DNA from: an uncultured Verrucomicrobiae bacterium
GTDB lineage: Bacteria; Verrucomicrobiota; Verrucomicrobiia; Chthoniobacterales; Terrimicrobiaceae
Assembly: GCA_963763735.1 (NCBI GenBank)
Contig: CAVXQK010000012.1
Coordinates: 14,803 to 78,802 of the forward strand
Length of the DNA: 64,000 bases
Reading direction: 5' to 3'
The position numbers and the translations under genes were made by a program. Below the pieces are notes generated by a model. That model did not search any database, was not told the origin of the DNA, and worked only from the letters and a program-made list of their open reading frames with translations. Positions 7,529 through 17,506 of the stretch are shown in pieces (positions within the stretch are counted from its first letter, which is position 1; the number at the start of each line of letters is the position of its first letter).

Positions 7529-9988
7529 ATGTCTCTCACTTCCTCGATCGCCGGCTGCCGCTGCGACCGGCTGGACCTTCCGCAGAAGCCGCGCATTCCG
7601 GCCGGCCTGAGCGCGCTTCCCCGCCAGCTCGCGGGCTTTCCGGAGTTCCGTCTGGCGATGCTCCGGCAAATCCCGGCGCATCAGCTCCTGGACGCGGCGG
7701 AGATCCCAGCAACCCTGCAGCGTCCGCTCCGGGACTGGCGCGCGCGGGAGGGAAGCGACCTCGGCATCATGCTCGTGGAGATGTGGGCCTACGTGCTCGA
7801 CCTGCTCGCTTTCTACGAGGAACGGATCGCGAACGAGAGCTACCTCCCGACGGCGGTCCGACCCGCTTCCTTGCAGGAACTCGTTGCCCTGATCGGCTAC
7901 CTGCCGCGCCCGGCCGTCGGCGCCGAAGTAATGCTCGCGCTCGTTGCAGACACCGGCAAGGGGCTCATCCGGGTGCCGGCTGGCACGGGCTTCCGGTCCG
8001 GTGCGTTTGCGGGCGAGAAGCCACAAGTTTTCGAAGCCTCCGCGGACGGCACCGTCGATCCCGCTCTCAACGAATGGACCCTCGCGCCCATTGTCGGCGC
8101 CGCTTTCGATGGACGCTTCACGATGCCTCCCGGCGACGCCCGGCTGGCTCGCGACGACGTCGCGCTTTTCACCTGGGGCAATTCATCGGCGTCGGCGCGC
8201 GTCCAAAGCGTGACCCCGATGCGACGGCTCGATGGCAAAACCTACCTCGATCTTGCGCTCCTACCGCCCCCGGCCATCGGCGCCGGTGTTGCGCCCCGAG
8301 ACATCTCGGTTTTCAAGCCGACAGCACTCTCCGGCGTCTCGGAGGTGACGAGCTCCCGGTCCACCATTCAACTCGACTCGCTTCAGGGCGGTATTCGCGT
8401 GGGAGATCGCCTTGTCATCGAGCGGGATGACGGCCTGCTTCCGTTCCAGGTGACCGATTTGGGTCCGGGCACGCTGTATCTCGACTCGACATCGGCGGCT
8501 GCGCGCGCCGCGCAACTCTCTCCGCAGGCGACCCTTCTCGGCTTTGCCACGCCGAATCTCAATTCGATATCCCCTCGCGCAGTCCGTCCTTTTTTGCAGG
8601 TGACCAGGCTGACGGTGAGTCCCGCGTTGCCGGCGGGCTGGGCGAGCCCGGTGAGCAAGCTGACCGTCCATTTTGGCATGGTTCGGGCCGGCTCGCTCAC
8701 GGCGCCGGCGAAGACCCGGCTGGGTGTCGACGATCTCCTTCCGAGCGCGACCTTCGTGATGCCGGTCGAGCCTCCGATGCTCGAGCCGCCCGGCACCGTG
8801 CTGCTGGCCGGCGCAGACGGCGGTGGCGCGAATCTCACCGCCAGCGTGTCGATCGATCCGGACGCGGGAACGGGCTCGCTTACGCCTCAGCAGAGCGCCG
8901 CACCATTCGCCACGGATTTGCGTACGCCCGTCACCGTCTACGGAAATCTCATCCACGCCACGCGCGGCGAATCCGTGCCGAACGAAGTGCTTGGCAGCGG
9001 AGACGCCACGATTGCATTCCAATCCTTCAAGCTGAAGAAAAAGCCGCTCACCTATCTTACCGACGAGTCGGCGCCCAATGGCCGGCGCTCGACGCTGGCG
9101 GTGCGGGTGAACGCGATTCTTTGGAGCGAGGTGGGGAGTTTCTTCGGGACCGGCCCCCAGGACGAAGTCTACATCGTGCGGCAAAACGAGGACGGCGAAA
9201 GCATCGTCACGTTTGGCGACGGCCAGACCGGCGCACGGCTCCCGAGCGGAGTAAAGAACGTGACCGCAACCTACCGGTTCGGCGCGGGCGCGGCGAAGCC
9301 ACCGGCAAATCTGATCACGCAAATGTCTCGGCCCGTGCCGGGCATTCGTCGCGTGGTGAATCCCGTCGGTGCCGGCGGCGGAGCGGATGCCGATGCTCCG
9401 AAGGACCTCCAACGCAACGCGCCCGAGAGCGCCCTGCTGTTGGGTCGCGCAGTCTCGCTGCCGGATTTCGAGGCTCTCGCCCGGGAGTTTGGCGGAGTGG
9501 TGAACGCCCGGGCATCATGGGCCTGGGATGCCATGATGCAGCGCGCAGTCGTGAAAATCTGGTTCATCTCCGACGGCGGTTCGATCGCTCCGGACCTGCG
9601 GAAGTTTCTCCTCGGGCAGTCCGATCCAAACACGCCTGTCGCCGTGAGCGAGGCGATCCCGCTGGATTCGAGCCTGACAGTCGATCTGATCGTCGATCCG
9701 CGATTCCGCTCGGATGACGTCGAGCAGGCCGTCGTCACGGCCCTGACCGAACCGGAAAAGGGGCTGCTCGCGTTGACGAATATTCCAATAGGACTTCCGC
9801 TGTTTCGCAGCGCCATCCTCGCGCAGATTCACGCCGTCCCGGGAGTCACCTCGGTGCGGGCGCTTCGGTTCAATGGAACGGAAGCGCCCTTTGGCATCGT
9901 GGCGGGCGAGGGTGAGTATCACAACTTTCTGTCCGGCCTCGTCGTCGGCAACACCGCGGCGGGAGACGTTCTGTTTTCCGCCACCTGA
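7529..9988 (+). CDS. second baseplate J-like / large baseplate wedge protein (819 aa)
   Basis: 'TFGDGQTGARLPSG...YRFGAGAAKPPANL...DLQRNAPESALLLGRAVSLPDFEALAREF' parallels the J-like signature of the preceding gene. Confidence 0.7.
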   Translation: MSLTSSIAGCRCDRLDLPQKPRIPAGLSALPRQLAGFPEFRLAMLRQIPAHQLLDAAEIPATLQRPLRDWRAREGSDLGIMLVEMWAYVLDLLAFYEERIANESYLPTAVRPASLQELVALIGYLPRPAVGAEVMLALVADTGKGLIRVPAGTGFRSGAFAGEKPQVFEASADGTVDPALNEWTLAPIVGAAFDGRFTMPPGDARLARDDVALFTWGNSSASARVQSVTPMRRLDGKTYLDLALLPPPAIGAGVAPRDISVFKPTALSGVSEVTSSRSTIQLDSLQGGIRVGDRLVIERDDGLLPFQVTDLGPGTLYLDSTSAAARAAQLSPQATLLGFATPNLNSISPRAVRPFLQVTRLTVSPALPAGWASPVSKLTVHFGMVRAGSLTAPAKTRLGVDDLLPSATFVMPVEPPMLEPPGTVLLAGADGGGANLTASVSIDPDAGTGSLTPQQSAAPFATDLRTPVTVYGNLIHATRGESVPNEVLGSGDATIAFQSFKLKKKPLTYLTDESAPNGRRSTLAVRVNAILWSEVGSFFGTGPQDEVYIVRQNEDGESIVTFGDGQTGARLPSGVKNVTATYRFGAGAAKPPANLITQMSRPVPGIRRVVNPVGAGGGADADAPKDLQRNAPESALLLGRAVSLPDFEALAREFGGVVNARASWAWDAMMQRAVVKIWFISDGGSIAPDLRKFLLGQSDPNTPVAVSEAIPLDSSLTVDLIVDPRFRSDDVEQAVVTALTEPEKGLLALTNIPIGLPLFRSAILAQIHAVPGVTSVRALRFNGTEAPFGIVAGEGEYHNFLSGLVVGNTAAGDVLFSAT

Positions 9989-9994
9989 GAGTTT

Positions 9995-12157
9995 ATGGCT
10001 GAAGACGTCCTCACGATCATCAACCCGGCTCGCGACGAGTTTGAGCGTTACTACGCCGAGAAGCTTTGGGAATGGATTCCGCCCATCTACCGGCAGGAGG
10101 ACGGGCTGGCGGAGCAGCCCCATGTGCTGCGCGCGCTGGTGGAGATTCTGGCCTGTCAGGCTGCGGTCGCGCGGCGAAGCACGGACCGGCTCTGGGACGA
10201 CTCATTCATCCAGACCTGCGACGATTGGGCGGTCCCCTATATCGGCGCGCTGCTCGGCACGCGGCTTTTAGGCAGCGCCAACCGGCGCGGAAGGCGCGCG
10301 GACGTGGCGAAGACGGTATTCTACCGGCGAAGGAAGGGGACGCCGGTCGTGATGGAGGCGCTCATCCAGGACATCACGGGTTGGGAAGGCGCGGTCGTCG
10401 AAAGTTTCAAACGCCTCGGGCGCGCGCGACACCGCCTCGATCCGGAGCCGGGGCCGTTCGCGGGAGCCATCACGCAGTCGCCGCCTGGCGGCACCGCCAA
10501 TCTTCGCCGCGCAAGGGTCAGTGAAATCCTCGACGGGGCCTTCGACGATCTTGCGCACACGGCCGATTTTCGGCGGCTGCGCGGGTTCCGCGGCCGCTAC
10601 AACATTCCCAAACTCAACTTTCATCTCTATCGGCTGGGTGTTTTCGAGGTGAATCTGGCGACGCCCTTCGACTTCGGGAACGGGCGGTTTTCCATCGATC
10701 CCTCGGGGCGTGATGTGGCGCTCTTTCGTCCGAGCCGCCGCGGGCCGGACGTTGAGTGGACGCCGGTGGAGGAATGGCAGCTCCCGGCTGCGATCCCGTG
10801 CCGCCTTTTCAACGTCGAAAAAGATCACCTGGTTCCGGACGCGCTCGCCGTTACGATCGGAACGGGGCCGCAGGATCCGCCCCTCGATGAAACGCAGCTC
10901 CACGCCGCCAATCTTTCGACGTGGACGCTGCCGTCCGGCCTGCACTTCGAGGCGGTGGTCGATCCGCACACGGCGCGGCTCGTGCTCGTAAACCCGCTCG
11001 CCGGCAACGACCGGCTGTTCATTCCCCGGTATCACTACGGCTTTTCCGCTCGTCTTGGTGCGGGCACTTACGACCGCTCGGCGAGCGTTCGCACGGAAGC
11101 AGTGACGTCGTTTCCCGACGGCGGCAACGCGCCCGGAACCGTGACCGGCTTCGCTTTGCCGGTCGACGGCACCCACAGTTTCGTGAACAGCAAGACGTAT
11201 CGCCCCGACACGCCGCCCGGCAACCGGCTCTCGGGCATCGAGGACCTCTGGCTTCAAGGGGACGACCGGGAGCGTCCGTATGTTTCGCTCGTCCCGGGCA
11301 ATAACGCGCGCGAATGGATCGTCGAGGCCGCGCCCAAGGTGGCCGACGAGGACCAACGCTGTCTCACGCTGGAAGGACTGTGGATCGGCTTGAACCCGGA
11401 CGGCATACCGGACGAGGTGCTGGCAAACCCGGATGACGCCTGCACCCCCGTCGAAGCGGTGCTCGCCATCAACGGTGAGTTCGACCGCGTCGTGATTCGG
11501 CATTGCACGCTCGATCCGGGGGGGGAACGCGCACGGCTCGTCGCGGGTACGTGCACGCCCATCGCGTCCGTGGTGCTCGAAATCCGCGGGCAGGTGAAAG
11601 AGCTCGTCATCGAGTCCTCGATTGTCGGTGCGATTCGCGAAGTGACCGACGACACCGACCCGTGCTCGGTCGGGCGCATCGTCATTCGCGACTCCGTCGT
11701 GCAAAGCCTGCTGCCGGACATACCCGCCATCGCCACGCGAGTCGGCGCGGTCGAGCTCGAGCGGGTGACGGTTTTTGGCGGCGTCACGGTCAATCGCCTG
11801 GATGCCAGCGAATCGCTTATCCAGGGGCTTGTGCTCGTTCTCGACAATCAGCACGGCTGCTTCCGCTTCAGCGCAACGGACCGGCATCCCGACCGTCGCC
11901 TGCCGCGCCAGTTCGAATCCCATCTGTTTGCACCCGGGGTCCCGAATCACTTCTTCGCCTCCCGGCGTTTTGGTGATGCGTCCTTCGCGCAACTCAGCAA
12001 AACCGCACCCGACGCGATCCTGACGGGCGCGGAGAACGGATCGGAAATTGGCGCCTTCGGCGGGCTGCTGAATTCCATCAAGTCCCGCGATCTCGAACGA
12101 AAGGTCATCGAGTTCATGCCGTTTGGCCTCATCCCGCAGTTCATTTTCGAAACCTAA
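9995..12157 (+). CDS. P2 gpI-like phage tail/baseplate protein (720 aa)
   Basis: N-terminus 'LWEWIPPIYRQEDG...LRALVEILACQ...CDDWAVPYIGALLG' resembles tail protein I family. Position after the J-like genes fits. Confidence 0.65.
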   Translation: MAEDVLTIINPARDEFERYYAEKLWEWIPPIYRQEDGLAEQPHVLRALVEILACQAAVARRSTDRLWDDSFIQTCDDWAVPYIGALLGTRLLGSANRRGRRADVAKTVFYRRRKGTPVVMEALIQDITGWEGAVVESFKRLGRARHRLDPEPGPFAGAITQSPPGGTANLRRARVSEILDGAFDDLAHTADFRRLRGFRGRYNIPKLNFHLYRLGVFEVNLATPFDFGNGRFSIDPSGRDVALFRPSRRGPDVEWTPVEEWQLPAAIPCRLFNVEKDHLVPDALAVTIGTGPQDPPLDETQLHAANLSTWTLPSGLHFEAVVDPHTARLVLVNPLAGNDRLFIPRYHYGFSARLGAGTYDRSASVRTEAVTSFPDGGNAPGTVTGFALPVDGTHSFVNSKTYRPDTPPGNRLSGIEDLWLQGDDRERPYVSLVPGNNAREWIVEAAPKVADEDQRCLTLEGLWIGLNPDGIPDEVLANPDDACTPVEAVLAINGEFDRVVIRHCTLDPGGERARLVAGTCTPIASVVLEIRGQVKELVIESSIVGAIREVTDDTDPCSVGRIVIRDSVVQSLLPDIPAIATRVGAVELERVTVFGGVTVNRLDASESLIQGLVLVLDNQHGCFRFSATDRHPDRRLPRQFESHLFAPGVPNHFFASRRFGDASFAQLSKTAPDAILTGAENGSEIGAFGGLLNSIKSRDLERKVIEFMPFGLIPQFIFET

Positions 12158-12176
12158 CCCACCCCGAGGAATTCCC

Positions 12177-15100
12177 ATGGCCACCCCTGATATTTCCCGC
12201 CAGCTTTTCCAGCCGGAGAAGCGTTACGTCGGCACTTTCATGCAACAGGGCCGCGTCGTCACCGACGAGGATCTCAACGCCCATCGTCGTCTGGATGCCG
12301 AGGATGAGCGACTGACGTTTCGCGACATCATCTGCTCGAAGGGAAGCCCGAATCATGGCTTCCGCATCGGTGCTCCGACGCCGGTGAACCTGAACCTCGA
12401 CCGCAGTGCCTATGACTTCCCCGTCGCCCACGGCAGTTTTTATATTGGAGGCCTGCGTTTCGAGGCGCTCGCGGGGCAGCCGGAGACGTTCCTGACGCAG
12501 CGCGACTGGCTGCAAATCGACGCCGACCCGGCGGCGCTTCCGACCATTCCAAGCGTGGCGGACCTCACCAACCCGAATGACGGCACGACCGCCGAGCGCG
12601 TCGACCTCGTTTATCTGCGAGGCTGGGAGCACTGCGTGAGCGCGGTCGAAGACCGTGAGGTGCTCGAATATGCGCTGGGCGGTCCCGACACGTCGGTGTT
12701 CCGTCGCCGCCAGCGCCGCATCGAGGTGCTGACCGATGTCGGGGAAGACTGCACGGCGGCGTCCGTCGATTTGATCGACTCACTGACCGCACCGCTCCCC
12801 GGCGATACCTCGGGGGATCCGCATCGGTTCGACGAAGGGAGCTGCGAACTGGGGTCGAAGGGCCGACTCACGGTGGGTTTCACGGGCGGTCCACCGAGCG
12901 ATGATCTGTGCCAGCCGCCCGTGCTGGGCGGTTATCTGGGAGCGGAGAATCAGGCGATTCGAGTGCAGCTCACCTCGACGAACCGCTTCATCTGGGGCTT
13001 CGACAATGCCGCGCCTCTCTACCGGGTGCAGGTGGTCGAAGAGCAGGGGTTGAATGTCATCCAGTTCCTGACGCTGCCACGGGATGAAGTCGCGCAACCG
13101 GTTGCCGGGCAGGCGGTCGAAATTCTCCCTTGGGGCGCGCTCCTGCCCAATCAGGAAAAAGTCGGGGAATTGCAGGGTCATCTCACGACCGTCGCGACAA
13201 GTTTCGATCCGGATACGGCTCGCATCACCATAGAGACGCCCGTTCCGCAGGCCATGGTCGACTGGCTGAACGACCCGGAGCACGCGACCTTCCTCAACGA
13301 CCGCGACGAGCCCGCGGCGCAACGATTTTTTTATCTCCGTGTCTGGACCGGCGGCTCCGGCGACGCCGCTCAGCCCGATCACTCGTATGTCCCCGGCACG
13401 GCGGTTCCGCTGGCCGGCACCGGCCTCGAAGTCACCTTCAGCGACTTTGGCCTTCCCGGCTCCTATTGGGTCATTGCCGCCCGGCCCAACACGCCGGACG
13501 AAGTCGTGCCGTGGATTCTGACCGACCAGGCTCCCGCGTTCGGACCGCGGCAATTTTTCGCGTCCCTGGCCTTGATTCGCTGGAGCGTCGACGCGACGGG
13601 CGAGGGTGTCGTCGGCAAGGTTCAGGATTGTCGCTCGCGCTTCCGGCCGCTCTGCCAGATCAAGGGTTGCTGCACGATCATCGTCGGGGATGGCTCGCAA
13701 AGCGACGGGGAGTTCACGTCCATCCAGGATGCGGTGGACGCCCTGCCTCCGGCTGGCGGGGAAATCTGCGTGCTGCGCGGAAGGTACGAGGAACACGTGC
13801 GCGTCGTGAATCGCGCCAACATCCGGATTCGAGGCTGCGGGCCGGACACGCTGGTCGTCGGGGAGGGCAACGCGCCGGTAATCGAGATCGTCAATTCGCA
13901 GCGGATCGAAATTACCACGCTGGCCATTGAAGCCCTCGATGCGCCCGGCATCTTCTGCCATGCGATCAGCGAACGGATCAGCCGCGCCGGTGCGGTGGAG
14001 AACATCGTCCTGACCTGGCTGCGAGTCCTCTCGCGCGACCACGTCTCGGTTGCCGTCCTGCGCGGGCGATTCATCACCCTGGCTTATAGCGAGGTGCGCG
14101 TGGCGCCGGGCCGGGAGGGAACCCTCGGCCAGGAGCCCGCTGTGTTCCTTCAAGGCCAGGACATGCGGATCGAGGCCAATCGCATCCTCGCCGAGGGCAA
14201 ACGCGCCGCGCTGCTCGGCTACGGCGGGCTGCAAATCGCGGGCGGCTCCTCGCGCGTCGAGATTCGCCGGAACCTCATTCGCGGAGGCAACAACAACGGG
14301 ATCACGCTGGGTCACACGATTCTTCGCCGCGTTCGGATTCCCAACGAGAACGACGACTTTACGGTCGGCGTCAAGTCGCCGGGCGGAGCGCGCATTTTCA
14401 TCGATGACAAAGGGTGCATCGTCATCGACCCGTTTCCTCCCGGCCAGCCGCCCGACGGCGGAGAGGGCACCGTGCTTGAGGCCGGCCCGGCGCTGCGCGA
14501 CATTCGGATCGTGGACAACCGGATCGAGGACATGGGCCGGTGCGGCATTTCCGTGGAGCGGTTTTTCGACATGGAGGAGAATCCCGACTTCATCAGCGTG
14601 GAGGATTTGCTCATCGAGCAAAACCGCATCACGGGCTGCATGCGTCTCGAGGTCGGCACGATCCCTTTTCCCCTGCGCGACGTGATCGGATTTGGCGGTA
14701 TCGCCCTGGCCGATGTCGAATATCTCGTCATTCGGGAAAACCTGATCGTCAAAAATGGCAGCTCGAGTCGGGACCCGATCTGCGGTGTTTTCGTGCTGCA
14801 CGGGGCGGGCATTGCCATCGACGGCAATCGCATTCTGCACAATGGCGTGACCGCCGCGACGGACGACCAACTGCCGCGGCCGGGCCGGCGGGGCGGCATT
14901 GTGCTGGCCTTCGCCCGGGCTCGCGCCGACGAGGAGTTGAACGTCGCGCTGGGCCGGCTGGAGTTCAGTGGTCGGAGGCAGGATGGCGTTCCCGCCGCGC
15001 GAATCCATGACAATATCGTGGTCGCGCAACAGGGACGGGCCCTGGAGATTCTGGCGCTGGGACCGGTCTCGGTGGTGGCGAATCAGCTCACGGCGAAAGG

Positions 15101-15794
15101 CAGCGCCTTCCAGCGCCAGATACCGGTGCCAGGCAGCGTCACGACGACGACCACGACCACGGCCGGCACTACCGTCGGGCTGGCCGCGAAGGTGCCGATC
15201 AAGAATCGTGCCGCGACGAGCAACCCGCTCCTTGCCTTTCTTGACGTGCTTGGAGGCTCGGCAGTCTGGATTTTCAACCTGGGAGTTTCGAATGAAATCT
15301 ACCTGCAGCTCTTCGGCCTGAGCGGGCTTTTCCTGCTGGACGATCTTCCGACCGAGGAAGCAGTCGAGGGGAACGACGACACGCGGCTTTTCGTGGGGGG
15401 CAACGTGCTCTTCAACGGCAACCAGGTCGTGTTCGACGCGCTCGGGCCGGTCGCGACCTTCAGCGTGAGCTCAGTCTTTCTTGGCAGCCTCGACGACGTC
15501 TCCCTGAATGCCAACCAGTGCGACTGCGACCTCGCGCAGGACGCGGTGATCACCAACGCCCTCACCTTCGGTTGGTCGCAACGCATGGCCGGGAACCGCT
15601 TCAAGGAAGGCCTGGTGAACGCCTTGCTCTCGGGCGTGTCGCTCGCGCCGATGAACACAACGACCGACAACCAGGGCACCCATTGCTTCTTCCCTGTCGG
15701 AAGGTTTGCGATCTCGCACATCGAGGGCAATCGCAGTCTCGTGCAACTCAACCCGGACACGCCCTGCCCGCGAAATGACTTCAAGCAGGGCTGA
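12177..15794 (+). CDS. DUF6519-like N-terminus plus right-handed parallel beta-helix protein (1205 aa); candidate tail fibre, receptor-binding or depolymerase protein
   Basis: ATG 12177 is preceded by GAGGA. 'FQPEKRYVGTFMQQGRVVTDEDLN' is DUF6519-like. Repeated 'N..I....GNNGITLG'-type beta-helix turns. Poly-Thr tract VTTTTTTTAGTT. Confidence 0.6.
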   Translation: MATPDISRQLFQPEKRYVGTFMQQGRVVTDEDLNAHRRLDAEDERLTFRDIICSKGSPNHGFRIGAPTPVNLNLDRSAYDFPVAHGSFYIGGLRFEALAGQPETFLTQRDWLQIDADPAALPTIPSVADLTNPNDGTTAERVDLVYLRGWEHCVSAVEDREVLEYALGGPDTSVFRRRQRRIEVLTDVGEDCTAASVDLIDSLTAPLPGDTSGDPHRFDEGSCELGSKGRLTVGFTGGPPSDDLCQPPVLGGYLGAENQAIRVQLTSTNRFIWGFDNAAPLYRVQVVEEQGLNVIQFLTLPRDEVAQPVAGQAVEILPWGALLPNQEKVGELQGHLTTVATSFDPDTARITIETPVPQAMVDWLNDPEHATFLNDRDEPAAQRFFYLRVWTGGSGDAAQPDHSYVPGTAVPLAGTGLEVTFSDFGLPGSYWVIAARPNTPDEVVPWILTDQAPAFGPRQFFASLALIRWSVDATGEGVVGKVQDCRSRFRPLCQIKGCCTIIVGDGSQSDGEFTSIQDAVDALPPAGGEICVLRGRYEEHVRVVNRANIRIRGCGPDTLVVGEGNAPVIEIVNSQRIEITTLAIEALDAPGIFCHAISERISRAGAVENIVLTWLRVLSRDHVSVAVLRGRFITLAYSEVRVAPGREGTLGQEPAVFLQGQDMRIEANRILAEGKRAALLGYGGLQIAGGSSRVEIRRNLIRGGNNNGITLGHTILRRVRIPNENDDFTVGVKSPGGARIFIDDKGCIVIDPFPPGQPPDGGEGTVLEAGPALRDIRIVDNRIEDMGRCGISVERFFDMEENPDFISVEDLLIEQNRITGCMRLEVGTIPFPLRDVIGFGGIALADVEYLVIRENLIVKNGSSSRDPICGVFVLHGAGIAIDGNRILHNGVTAATDDQLPRPGRRGGIVLAFARARADEELNVALGRLEFSGRRQDGVPAARIHDNIVVAQQGRALEILALGPVSVVANQLTAKGSAFQRQIPVPGSVTTTTTTTAGTTVGLAAKVPIKNRAATSNPLLAFLDVLGGSAVWIFNLGVSNEIYLQLFGLSGLFLLDDLPTEEAVEGNDDTRLFVGGNVLFNGNQVVFDALGPVATFSVSSVFLGSLDDVSLNANQCDCDLAQDAVITNALTFGWSQRMAGNRFKEGLVNALLSGVSLAPMNTTTDNQGTHCFFPVGRFAISHIEGNRSLVQLNPDTPCPRNDFKQG

Positions 15795-15820
15795 GCGGCT
15801 CCCAACCCGTCCCGATTCCC

Positions 15821-17311
15821 ATGGCCACCGAACGTATTCTCAACGACGACGAACTGAACGAGGAGATCGCGCAAATTCTCCCCGCCGCCGACCGCTTGCG
15901 ACTGGTCGCGCTCGACCGCACCCGGTCGCTCGCCGCGGCGAAAACGAAGAGCCTCCAGCGCGAGTTGCGGATCGTGCAGGTGCTCGCTCCAGACGACACC
16001 GCCAGCATTGCGGAGGCGGCGCGGCGAGTCGAGTCGCAGCAGCGATTCGAGAGCCTGGCGGCCGTCGAAATTCAACGCGGCGAGGTTGAGGCACCTGCGC
16101 GCAACCCAGCCGCTCTCGTTCTGTTCGGGCGGGTCGTCGACGGGAGGCGTATCGGGCAGGCCGGACTCGTCGTCAGCGCGACGGGTGCCGAAGGGCGCGC
16201 TCTCGTTTTCGGCTGCACGGATACGAACGGCAACTTTCGGCTCGACGTGCCGGCCAACCAACTCTCGAGTTCCAGCGCGCGGCCGGTCGTCACGTTACTC
16301 GTCAGCGATTCACAGCAGGCAATCCGGTACCGCGGCACCGAAGTCTTTCCGGTGGAAGGCAACAAGGTCATCTACCGAGAGATTGTTCTTGGAGACGAAC
16401 CCGGCAAGCCGACGCCCCAACCCCCACCGCCGGTATCCGAGCAAGTCCTCGTGCCCAACGTGGTTGGGGCGGAGCGCTCCACCGCGATCGCGGTGCTGAA
16501 ACGCACCGGTCTCCTGGCGGAGGAAAAAGCCGAGAAGGTCGATGACGACAAAGTGGGACTGGTCGTGGCGCAGGACCCGAAGCCCGGCACCTCGGCGCAA
16601 GCTGGCTCGGCGGTCGCGATTTCCGTCGGCATCGCCTCGGAAAGCGTTGTGGTTCCCGACGTGGTGGGTAGCGTTTTTGGCGAGGCCTCAGCCGCCCTCA
16701 AGCGAGTCCGGTTGTTGGTTGGCACGGTCGAACCGCCCAATCCCGGCGCCGATGCCCCCGTGCTCGACCAATCGCCAAAAGCCGGGTCTCAGGTCGCGCG
16801 CGGCTCGTTTGTGAACTTGAAACTCCAGCCGAAGGTCACCGAACTGCCGACGGTGGAAGTCCCCGATCTCACACGCCTGGCGCCGGACGAAGCCCGCGAA
16901 AAGCTCGAATCGCAGAAGTTGAAACTCGGCGTGGTTACGACCGCGCCAACGGCCGGCAACCAGGTCGGGCGCGTCCTCAGCCAAAATCCGAAAGCCGGGA
17001 GCCAGGTGGCCCCGCAAAGCGTGGTCGCAATCGTGATCGGCGAAAAGGAGGGTGACAGCCCGATACCGTCACGAACCGCCGCCGAGACGATCAAGCTCGT
17101 CGCCCGCGAGCCGGATTTCGAGAAGACCGGAGCCACCGAAGCGAAGCTGCTGCGAATCGCCGAAGAGCAGGGCCTGCAAAGCGAGAACGACCTGCAGAAA
17201 ATCGTCGACACCACCGAAGACGCCGAAGTGCGTGATCGCTTCAAATTGCGCAACCTCGACCAGGCCCGTGCCCTGAAGGAAATCCTGCTCCGCGTGATCA
17301 AACGTCGTTAA
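15821..17311 (+). CDS. PASTA-repeat protein (N-terminal coiled coil, carboxypeptidase-regulatory-like domain, 3 PASTA repeats), last gene of the structural operon
   Basis: Three repeats of the type 'VPNVVG...A...L...GL......V.....G.V..Q.P..G..V..GS.V.I'. 'GRVVDGRRIGQAGLVVSA...TDTNGNFRLDV'. Confidence 0.7.
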   Translation: MATERILNDDELNEEIAQILPAADRLRLVALDRTRSLAAAKTKSLQRELRIVQVLAPDDTASIAEAARRVESQQRFESLAAVEIQRGEVEAPARNPAALVLFGRVVDGRRIGQAGLVVSATGAEGRALVFGCTDTNGNFRLDVPANQLSSSSARPVVTLLVSDSQQAIRYRGTEVFPVEGNKVIYREIVLGDEPGKPTPQPPPPVSEQVLVPNVVGAERSTAIAVLKRTGLLAEEKAEKVDDDKVGLVVAQDPKPGTSAQAGSAVAISVGIASESVVVPDVVGSVFGEASAALKRVRLLVGTVEPPNPGADAPVLDQSPKAGSQVARGSFVNLKLQPKVTELPTVEVPDLTRLAPDEAREKLESQKLKLGVVTTAPTAGNQVGRVLSQNPKAGSQVAPQSVVAIVIGEKEGDSPIPSRTAAETIKLVAREPDFEKTGATEAKLLRIAEEQGLQSENDLQKIVDTTEDAEVRDRFKLRNLDQARALKEILLRVIKRR

Positions 17312-17506
17312 AGCGCGGAAGAATGGGCCCGGTAGCTGCTGAATTTCGCCGAATGGAGCGCGGCGGCAATCTCTTGGTCCCGCCACGTCGGCATCGATGG
17401 GGGGCCGCTTTGGTTAGGATTTTGGCCGGGTCCGGATTCACCGCGAGGCCCGGCGGCGGAGGCGGCAGCGACGGGGAAACTCAACACTCGAGATGCAACA
17501 GGTAGA

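Noticed and set aside
12165-15835. Identical 'ATTCCCATGGCCACC' context at the starts of the 12177 and 15821 genes (both proteins begin MAT).
   Set aside because: The match is short and may be coincidental or a shared translation-initiation context. It is not enough to infer a regulatory element.
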